Both the position numbers and the translations under genes were made by a program. A stretch of DNA of 64,000 nucleotides from Cycas panzhihuaensis (Eukaryota > Plantae > Cycadophyta): NCBI GenBank assembly GCA_023213395.1, contig CM041465.1:126735741-126799740 (forward strand). The letters run 5' to 3'. Below are positions 54,100 through 64,000 of this stretch, one piece after another (positions within the stretch are counted from its first letter, which is position 1; each line of letters opens with the position of its first letter). The notes under the pieces are model-generated. The model was not told the DNA's origin. It saw nothing but the letters and a program-made list of their open reading frames with translations, and made no database searches.

Positions 54100-55620
54100 T
54101 TTTAATCTTTAACAAATCTCACAGATTTAGAAACTTGACTTTAGTCAAATACTTGGTAAGTATATCAATAACCTGTAGATCTGTAGGACAATAGGATAAA
54201 TGAACATTGTTATCAATAATAAAATTATGAATAATATGCTGATGTAATTCTATATGTTTAGTTCTAAAATGTGCAACCGAGTTTATAGCAATAGCAATGG
54301 CACCTTGATTATTAACTTTTAGTTCTATAGAAGAGTTAAGAGTCATACCAATTTCATTTAGAAGAGATCTGAGTCAAAGTTATTTTTTTCTGGCTTCAAC
54401 GAGTGCTTGATATTCACTTTCAGCCGTTGATAGAACTAATGCCTCTATTTGTTTACTAGACCAAGTAATTTGTGAAGAATCTAGAAAAAATACATAACCT
54501 GATGTAGACTTACGATCATTTGTATCACCTGCCCAATCTGAATTAGTATATCCTGTTAAGGTTAGTAGTTTATTATAAAAATTATAAGTTAGTCCATAAA
54601 AAGCAGTGTTCTAAAGATATCGTAACATACACTTAGTAGCTTTCTAATATGATTCATATGGTTTTGGCATATAACGTAAACATAAAGTGACAACATAAGA
54701 TATATCAGGGTGGGTATGAGTTAGATAAATAAGACTACCAATTAGTTGCCTGTATAGGGTTGGATCACATAAAGGTGTGGAACAATCAGTAGATAGTTTT
54801 ACTCCTGATTGTAACGGATTAGAAACTGGTTTAGTATTTTCCATGTTAAACCGTTTAATTAAGTATAAAATATATTTAGGTTAGGATATAGTTATTTTTG
54901 AATTATTTTGATAAATTTATAATCTAAGAAAATAATGTAGGAGACCTAGATCGATTATTTTAAATTTATTTATTAAAGTAGTTTTTAAGTGATGAATGTT
55001 ATTTGTTGATGATTTAGTAATGATGATATCATCAACGTACATGATTAAAATAGTAATATTTTTATTTTCTCGTTTGAAATAAAGATTTGGATCACTAATA
55101 CATGTAGTGTATCCAATTTGAATTAGATAATCGTTAACTTTAGTGTACCAAGCTCAGGAGCTTGTTTTAATCCATAAATAGATTTCTTTAGTTTATAAAC
55201 TAAATTAGGATTATCAATAAAGCCAGGTGGCTGAGACATGTAGATCTCTTCTTTGAGATCACCATTCAGAAATGCACTCTTTACTTCCATTTGATGGATT
55301 TCCTAACCAAACTTGGCTGCGAGAGCAATAATTGCTTTAATTATATTCATCTTTGCAATAGGGGCAAAGGTTTCGTTATAATCTACGCCATCAAATTGAG
55401 GAAATCTTTTTATGACTATGTGAGCTTTATACTTTTCAATTACGCTTGTTGAGTTATATTTTGTTCTATAAACCCATTTACAGTCAACTACATTTTTCCT
55501 TGGTGGGAGTGGTACGAAATCCCAAGTTAAATTTTTGATTAAAGCATCAAATTTAACTTGCATAGCTTCCTGCCATACAAGATTATTGCTAACTTATTTA
55601 AAGGTTTTAAGATCATTATT
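54100..55620 (-). pseudogene. Outer Copia RT and RNase H
   Basis: KNLTWDFVPLP, VDCKWVYRTK, VDYNETFAP, MYVDDIII, YRQLIGSLIYL, HFRTKHIELH; multiple stops. Confidence 0.93.
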
Positions 55621-55877
55621 GTCCATTATTTTAGCCATTAAAGCATAGTTAGTATATAATTTTTGGGCACGTATTTTCCTAGTATCTGAAGGATTACCTA
55701 CATCAGATCCAGTGTCAGTAAGTATTTTCTTTACCCATACAAGCTATTTGTTAGTAACTGTTTCTGTAGTTACATGTTGATTTGAGGAGCTAGCCTAAGA
55801 AGAAGAGTCTAATTCAGTAGGTTCGGATAGAGTCTAATTCTGGACTTGAGTAGATAAGGATTTTAGGATTAACTTGT

Positions 55878-56189
55878 TGGAGGATGGATGGATCTAGGAG
55901 ATAAATCACTCACATACACACAATGACAATGGAGAATGAAAAAGAAGATGAAATAAGATATGAGAGCAAGCTTAGAGGTGAGAATGAATAATGACTCCCT
56001 CCTTGAGATTTCACCTTTTATTATTGAGGGTGAGCATTAGGGTTAGGATTTTCCCACCTAATGATATGAACCCGAAACTACATCTAAATACACATAAAGT
56101 GTATTTCATTAAGAGACTAATGCTAATAATATATCCTAAGGTCACATAATTAATCTACACAAATGACCTTAATACATTAACCTCTTTCA
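55878..56189 (-). repeat. 3' LTR of inner Copia (312 bp); PPT at 56190-56202
   Basis: Matches 63180-63490; TTAAGGGGGGGAT immediately 5' on the minus strand. Confidence 0.95.
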
Positions 56190-56659
56190 ATCCCCCCCTT
56201 AATGATGGAAGGTCATTTTCAGAAAATCTATTCTGTGAGGTCTTTATTTGGGCCTCATTATTACATTAAAATTCTAAATGACACTTTTGTGGGAAAACCC
56301 TCATAGGGAATAAACACTCACAGACTTTCTAAGATCTATAGCCCCTTTTATAAATCAAAATAGATAAGGTATCTCTTTGATGTAGCCTAATAACCAAGTG
56401 ACTTAAATGTACAGCTTAATCTACTAAGTCTCCATATACTGTTTGGTCATCCCCTATGCCCTTTCAGATTTTCACAGGTTTTGATTTTCTAAAATAAGTA
56501 CAACCCTTATCCTTCCATGCCCACATGGGGTTTTCATAAAGAGGATAGAGCAGAGACTTACTCTTATTCTTCCACACCCACAAGGGATTTTCATGAAGAG
56601 AATAGAGTATGATGATCCTATTGCCATATTCTTTGATCAATCGAAGATTGAGGCCCTAA

Positions 56660-59600
56660 GGTCGAGCCGGCTTTGGAACTATTCAAACTTCACCCTTTGT
56701 AGTGGTTTAGTGAAGATATTGGCCACTTGATCTACTGTAGGACAGTAATCTAATTGAATTGTGCCGTCATGAATAAGTTTCCTAATCCTGTGGACTTTCA
56801 TACTTATGTGTTTGGTACAATCATGAAATACAGGATTTTTTGCCATGCATATTGCTGATTGATTATCCATATGAAGACTCGTAGGACTTGTTTGGGTGAT
56901 ATTCAATGTTTTCAATAATATTCTCAGCCATATCACCTCTTTGCTAGTCTTAGAAGCAGTAATATATTCAACTTTGACAGTTGAATCTGCAACTATCTTC
57001 TACCATCTGGATCTCCATGATATTGGTGCTGTTACAAGAAATGTTACATACCGAGACATAGATCTTCCTGTATCTTTATCTCTTGCAAAGTTTGAGTCTA
57101 TGTATGTAGAAAGCTTGAAGTTTAAATTAGGTTCATACAACAGACCATATTTTATGGTCATCTTAAGGTATCTCAACACTTGCACTGCTGCCTGTTAATG
57201 ATTCTGCTTAGGATTTGTCATGTAATGAGCAAGAATACTGATAAAGTGTATAATATCTGGCCTTGTATTGTTAGTGTAGATGAGACTACCTACAAGTTTC
57301 CTATAGACTGTTGTGTCTGCCTCCCCAGTGTCACCTTCAGCTGAGAGTTTGGTATCAGGATCCATAGGTAACATCACTGGTCGAGCATCTTCTAACTGAA
57401 ACTTGGTTAGAGGATCGTTGATGTATTTGTCTTAGGAGAGGAAAAATTTTCTATTCTTTTGTGTTACTTCAATTCCCAAGTAATATTTCATCAAACTGAG
57501 GTCAAACAATTCGAATGTTTTGCCAAGGTCCTTTTTTAGCTGGCTTATTGCCTGTTCACTATTACTCGTTACTAGCATATCATCCACAAAGATTATGAGA
57601 TAAATGACTTTATCCTTATGGCGCTTGATAAACAATGTTGCATAAATATCTTAATAGTCACAAACCTCGTATCCAAGTTACCTCATCCTTTCAGACAACT
57701 TGGCAAACCAAGCGTGAGGGGCTTATTTAAGGCCATACAAGGACTTTCTGAGCCTGCAAACCTTATGCTCTTGACCTTCGATCTTATATCCTTCTAGGTG
57801 AGCCATATAAATTTCTTTTTCAAGATCTCCATTGAGAAATGTGGTCTTAATATCGAGTTGGTGGATTTTCTAACCCTGTTGAGTAGCCAAGGCCATAAGA
57901 GTTCTAATTGTAGGCCACTTGGTTGTAGGTGTAAAGACTTCAGTGTAGTTGATGCCTTCCCTTTGTGTAAATCCTTTAGCTACCAATCTTGCCTTGTGTT
58001 TTTCAAGGGTGCTATCTGATTTGTATTTGTTTTTGAACACTCATTTATTTTGAACTACCTTTCTGCCAAGTGATAGATCAACGAGCTTCCATGTACCATT
58101 CTTGATAAGAGATTGGTACTCTTCGTTCATGCCATTTCTACAACCTGTATGCTTTACAGCTTCTTGGTATGTTAAGGGCTCTTCATTAAGAGTAAGGTGT
58201 AATTCTACTAGTTCAAGCTTAGTATATAATGATTCCTGCATCCTTGCTCTATGGGCACTTTGAGTGCCAGTTTTGCCCACCTCATCTGGTCGTATGCCCT
58301 TATTAAGTTGGCAGGCTTCTCGAGATCCTTGAGTTGGGAATGATGTCCTCATTTACCCAACTTCTTGGTTCTCATCATATTCATTAAAATGATTATTTTA
58401 TGAGGAGGATGTTGATGTGCCTGAAGAAGATGGTCCTTCTACCACTGTTTTGCCTTTGTCAATTGAAGGTGGAGAGTATGGTTCTTCTATAATGGCTTTT
58501 CCTTTGTCAATTCTGTTATCTTTAAAAGATGGTGCTGGATGTACACTCATTTATTCAGAGTCACAACTTGTATCCTCTAAGGCTTTATTGTTAGCTTCCA
58601 ACATTTGGAGTAATTTATGTCTGTCCCCCTACCCAAATTTTAGAATCTGAACATCATACTTGATAATATTATTATAGCGGTGTGAGGGTACTATGGAGTC
58701 TAATTTAAGTAACTGATCCTCTGTCTCCGCAAAAACAACATCTCTAGTAACGATGATTTTTCATTGTGAAGGTATGAAGACCTTATACCCTTTCTTATCC
58801 ATAGGGTATCCAACAAAGATGCCTTTAAGTGCCCTTGGCTAGAGTTTATTTCGATCTGTATCAAGAATATGGGCATAGCATGTAGAGCCAAAAATTCTAA
58901 AGTAGTGAACAATAGGGGCTTGTCCTGACCACTTTTCATTAGGTAATTGTACTTCCTTTGATGGGCTAACAACATTGATATAATAAACGACTGTCTAGAT
59001 TGCTTAAGCACAAAGATAGGTAGGTACATTTTTATATATTAACATAGCACAAGCCATATTCATGATTATCCTGTTGATGCACTCGGCAACTTCATTTTGC
59101 TGTGGGGTACCTGCTACTATTGTTTGATGCTTAATATCATTGTCTCGAAGGTATCTTTCAAACTCATATGAGGTATATTCACCACCATTATTAATTTGAA
59201 GACATTTCAGTTGATAACCTGGCTCTTTTTTAGTGAGGGCTTTAAATTCCTTGAATATATGGAATGCTTCATCTTTCTTATGTAGAAAAGCTACCCATAC
59301 TTTTCTAGTAAAATCATCAATGAAAGAGATGTAATATAGCTTGCCCTTTAGTGAAGGAATTGGCATTGGCCTGCACAAATCAGAGTGTACCAATTGTAAT
59401 GGATGGATTGATTTCCACTGACTTTTGGGAAAGGGTTATCGATGAGATTTGGCAATGGTACAAGCTTCATATTTAAAGGGCTTAGAGGAAAACTTTAGAA
59501 GGTTTGGAAGAGTATTAGAAAGATCTCTAAGTCTATAAATATGAACATGGCCCATACGAGCATGCCAAAGAGCTTCTGGTGACAACATTGGATGGGTTAA

Positions 59601-61190
59601 GATGGAATTAAATGTAAATTCTTCATCAGCACAAGGGCTTTGGGCATAATGGGCTTCAGAAGATGGAGAGGCATTCAATCAAAAGAGTTTGCTAGAGAGA
59701 TATCCAGTCAAAACCACATGATTAGTTGAAGGGTGAATGACCTTAATAGTCTGGTCATTTACAGTTACACTCAGATCAAATCCACGAGAAATAAGTGTAG
59801 ATAAAGAGAGTAGGTTTTGTTTGAGATTGGGTATGTATAAGACATCAAGCAATGTAAAATCTTCTAAGCTTGGGAGTTTTAAGCAAATGTTGTCAATTCC
59901 TTCAACACGTTATTGTGATTTATCAACCATGTGAACAACTCCATGAACATTTAAGTCAAATGTTTGACTATGATTGCATGTCATATGTTGAGTTGCTCCT
60001 GTGTCCATGATCCACTATCCATCGATTGAAGCCACACTATTGGTAATTTCAATAGGGCTTGGCATTGGTGAAGGGAATTCACAAGTGATATATCCATACC
60101 GAGCTTTAAAGTATCTCTTTGGTTGGTCAATGGCATTTGATACTGAAGATCCCTCAATTCTTTGAATGTGTGCTTGTACAAAACCTGCACCACTAAAGGA
60201 TTCTTCACAAGTTTCTTCAACATTATGAGCTCCATGTTTTGGTTAGAACTTGGCCAACTTATAAGTGGCAGTTCTGCAATCTTTTGCTAAGTGTCCTTTA
60301 TGGTTACACCGATCACACATAATGGTTTAATTACCATTCCCTAAAGAAGTACTGGTTTGGCTTGACTGTCTTGCTCTTTGTTGAGGTGGCCCTTGGCCTT
60401 GAAACTGTCGAGGTTATGATTGAGGGTTTGATTGACCTTGTGGATAATTTCCCATATTTCTTCCTCTTCCTCTTACTCAGTTATTTCCTCTGTCATGAGA
60501 GGGACCTTGATTTTTTATGTAGCAAACTTCTTCTTCTACCTCAAAGGCTACAAAGTTTGTATCAAAGGTCTTATCAAATTCTATAAACTTCTCAGCAAGT
60601 ACTTTGAAGTTGAGTGTCTTCAATGTTCCACTAGATTGAAGACTTCCAAGCAAGTTTTTATAATCAGGGACATGTAAACATGACTGGATCAAAAATGCCC
60701 AAGTGATGCATTGGGTCTTAAAGTCTTTGTCAATTGCCTATTTGATTGGTCGAAGGAGGTTTATTGTCTCATGAGCTCATCCCTTCTGCATTTTTAATTT
60801 ATTTATTTTCAAAATAAGATGAACAAATTCTAAATCTGACTTTGTATTAAAGTTCTTTCTAAAAACTTCTAAGACCTTCCAGGCTGTATCATGTTCCTCT
60901 TTATTTATCAAGTTGTGCAAGGAGTGATCAATGACCAACAAAATTCCTGCACGAATCTTTTCATCATTTATCTCCCATTATAGTTTAGTTACAGCATCTG
61001 TAGGAGCTATTGGGGCGGATCCACTGGAAGCAGTTATTGCAGTCATTGCTGGTCTACTGGGTGTAGGCTGCAAGTGGGCTCTCCAAAGGCCTTCATACTT
61101 TACAGTATTTTTAATTCTAGTGTACCATATATCCCAATTTTCTTTGCCTTTCAATATGCAGTTAACATTTTGCTTGAATTAAGATGACAT
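56660..61190 (-). pseudogene. Inner Copia gag-pol polyprotein remnant
   Basis: LKGKENWDIW; CDRCNHKGHLAKDC (~60280-60320); WIMDTGATQHM (~59980-60015); LWHARMGH; FIDDFTRKVW; FVDDML; HMDNQSAICMAKNPVFH. Confidence 0.93.
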
Positions 61191-61967
61191 GGTGATGATG
61201 AAGAAGTAGAAGAGATGATAGAAGTATGTGCCACTAACACGTGTGGTTAGTACACTTAGCATAGCAAGGATGTAGAAATGATTATTATGATGAGAAGTAA
61301 GTAATAATTAACTATTTTTTAACAATTATATAAAAATTAAATATAAGTAATAATGCAAGAATAAGGCCTAATATAGAGTTGATAAAGAGTTGTGATGTGT
61401 CATGCCACTAACCTCTCACTTATGTCCAAATGTAGGTGAGGTTTCGATGACTAAGGCTTCTAGAATACGATTAAGGCCTTCACCTACGATACTTGCACCT
61501 ATGCTTGGTGATGAAATCCAAGTCACAGTGGAGCCTAGGTACTCCCAGTCCTCATCCAGTTCACCAATGAGCAACTATATACCTCCTCCGAAGAGTCAAA
61601 TGGTACTGCGTATCCCACAGCTATGACAGATATTGGACCAGGTTAATTTTAATCTTGCATTAAGGTTTTCAGTTTTCTCGGGTGGTTATCAGGATTATCC
61701 TTGATTGGAGGCTGTAGGTATGGCTAACCTGTCCCTCCACCACTATTCCGGTTAAGACCAGACCCAGTATGAAACTTACACCTCCCTTAGGGCCTAGACT
61801 TCGACCAACTTTGGTATATTTCAACCAAGGCGAGTGTGCGCATAAGTCAAGAACTAGCGGTATAGATCATCTAGATGAGATTCCTTTTAGGAATAGTATA
61901 AGATATTTCTATATAACTAAAAACTGAAATAGAAACTTACCAAATGTGCGTGTTTACTTTCGTGCTT

Positions 61968-62060
61968 GCTTTATTGTTGTTACTACTTTTGTAATGCTTT
62001 ATTATTGTTACTGCTTTTGTGATGCATTATTGTTGTTGTTACTTTTATGATACTTTATGC
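61968..62060. repeat. Degenerate ~28-bp tandem repeat (about 3 copies) in the inner Copia 5' leader
   Basis: CTTTATTGTTGTTACTACTTTTGTAATG-like unit repeated. Confidence 0.7.
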
Positions 62061-63165
62061 TATGTGTGCAAATATAAAAGCATGCTAGATTTAGCAGGGG
62101 AATCAGATGTTACTTCTGATCTAAGGTTTCCTTTACTTTAGTACAATGTTTCCAAATATGATTTTGAAAGTTTTGATATAAAATCCATGATGGGATAAAA
62201 ATCAGATTAACTTGCCACTAAAATAATGATTTTTTTAAATCTATATGCACGCTATTTTGCCCTATTTTGTGATTTTTTCATAAAATTAACAAATAATGAT
62301 AAATGGGTAATTTTTTAGAAATTACAGATATGAAGGCCTAAATGATAAAATCTAAATTTATGACAAAATGAAAGAGTGTTCAGAATGTTATTTTTGATAG
62401 ATTTGTGAAGTCAGATTTCAGAAAAGGTACAAAAACTTTTCTGCTCGAAAAAGCACCAAAGTAAATCATGCCAGATCAACTGTCTCAGAATCTAGACTTC
62501 AATATGTCAAAAGTTAAATTTTAACATATACATTAACTTTTCCTTCTACACCATCTATAAAATTTGCCAAAAAATTACCCGAAATGCCCTTGCAAGGTCC
62601 TTTGTGGGGTTGAGTAGGCAAAATCAGCAACTGTGAGAAAACTGCATAGATCTCACTAATTAGTGGATGAAATTTATCTTAAAATGATCTTAAGACATAA
62701 ATATACCAAATCCCTTAATAAAAATTTTAGATATTTATCTTATAATTGAAGGATTTCATTAGGAAATGTGCTTTAAATCACTTATCCACAAAATTTACCC
62801 TTTTTATCACAGCTAAAACTTACTGTTTCAGGCTAAATCTAAAGTTTCTCCAAAAGAAAAAAATGATCCTCTAGTGAATTTGACATTGCATACCAAATTT
62901 CATCAAATTTTAAGATGGTTGAATTTTTATGAAAATTTAGGCCTTTAATGCTTCGGTCATTCGGTTGAACGGCTTCAAAAACCTGTATTCTTCACCTTTA
63001 AATTTTTTCACACATGTACAAAGTAGTAGCATGCAAAATACTATAATTTTATTCTCTCAAAATATTAAAAAAATAAGGAATGCATTATCAATACATCACA
63101 TTGAAGGTGAAGGAGAGGTAAAATGACTCCATGCAAGTGGAATGGAGTGAATAGATCTGCTTCTA

Positions 63166-63177
63166 GCTCTGATACCA
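63166..63177 (-). promoter_or_regulatory. Primer binding site, tRNA-iMet
   Basis: TGGTATCAGAGC 2 bp from the 5' LTR. Confidence 0.95.
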
Positions 63178-63179
63178 CA

Positions 63180-63490
63180 TGAAGGAATGATGGATCTAGG
63201 AGATAAATCACTCACATGCACACAATGGTAATGGAGAATGAAAAAGAATATAAACAAGATATGAAAGCAAGCTTAGAGATGAGAATGAATAATGACTCCC
63301 TCTTTGAGATTTCACCTTTTATTATTGAGGGTGAGCATTAGAGTTAGGATTTTCCTGCCTAATGACATGAACCTAAAATTACATCTAAATACACATAAAG
63401 TACATTTCATTAAGAGATTAATGCTAATAATATATCCTAAGGTCACATAATTAATCTACACAAATGACCTTGATATATTAACCTCTTTCA
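63180..63490 (-). repeat. 5' LTR of inner Copia (311 bp)
   Basis: TG..CA, adjacent to the PBS and TSD. Confidence 0.95.
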
Positions 63491-63495
63491 CTTGT

Positions 63496-64000
63496 TTGTC
63501 GGAGGGGTCAATCAAATAGGTGTTGGTTAACATATTTTCGATCAGAAGTTCTACATAAATAGAGGTTGAAGAAGATCCTTCTTCATCAATATGATATCAT
63601 TCAAAATTAAAATTTGATACGTAACTGGATCCAAAAGTCTATAGGCTTTACTTTATTCACTGTATCTTACGAAGATGTATTTTTGACTTTTAGGATCAAG
63701 TTTCTTATGTTTTTCTTTGGGAACATGTCCCCATGCAATACTTTCAAAGATTCGTAAATGATTGACTGAGGGTTTTCTTCCAGACCACTTTTGTTCTGGA
63801 GTAACATTTTATAGGCATTTACTAGGTAAGCAGTTTAGAAGATAGTTGGAATAGTTAATTACTTCTATCCACAACTTTAGATTAAGGTTCTTTGTATGTA
63901 ACATGCAATGAATCATCTCAATAAGAGCATGGTTCTTGCATTCAACAACACCATTTTGTCGAGGAGTGTATGCAACAAAATGTTAAAATTAAATTCTGTA
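63496..64000 (-). pseudogene. Outer Copia integrase (continues beyond window)
   Basis: AYTPRQNGVVECKN, PEQKWSGRKPSVNHLRIF, KKLDPKSQKYIF, SKAYRLLDP. Confidence 0.92.

Larger units (their letters stand above)
55878..63490 (-). mobile_element. Full-length (7.6 kb) decayed Ty1/Copia element nested in the outer Copia
   Basis: Two TG..CA LTRs, 5-bp TSD CTTGT (55873-55877, 63491-63495), PBS, PPT, gag-PR-INT-RT-RH remnants. Confidence 0.96.

Noticed and set aside
1-64000. CRISPR arrays, tRNA or rRNA genes
   Set aside because: No repeat-spacer structure or RNA-gene sequence seen; the only tRNA-related sequence is the 12-nt PBS.

Overview
Land-plant nuclear DNA that is almost entirely repeat-derived; no intact host gene is present. 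(1) A head-to-tail macrosatellite occupies 1-7228 and ~19636-50790. Its full unit is ~4.9 kb, with 4.1-4.2 kb and 1.66 kb variants. Each unit is a decayed, LTR-less Ty1/Copia gag-PR-INT-partial RT (minus strand) fused to the last ~27 codons and ~415 bp 3' flank of a LAMMER/AFC(CLK) kinase. (2) Two intronless full-length LAMMER kinase copies (7633-8805, 51196-52366, minus) cap the two array blocks and carry different, complementary lesions. 1-9088 and 44287-52648 look like a higher-order duplication. (3) Between the blocks (9089-19638) lie 3' portions of two nested Tat-type Ty3/Gypsy elements. One carries, downstream of integrase, a 3-exon antisense plant-mobile-domain (PMD) gene and a stand-alone archaeal-type RNase H ORF. 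(4) From 53580 to the end, a full-length Copia (55878-63490; LTRs, PBS, PPT, CTTGT TSD) is nested in an older Copia. All domain calls come from manual translation and motif recognition, not database searches; coordinates marked ~ are approximate.
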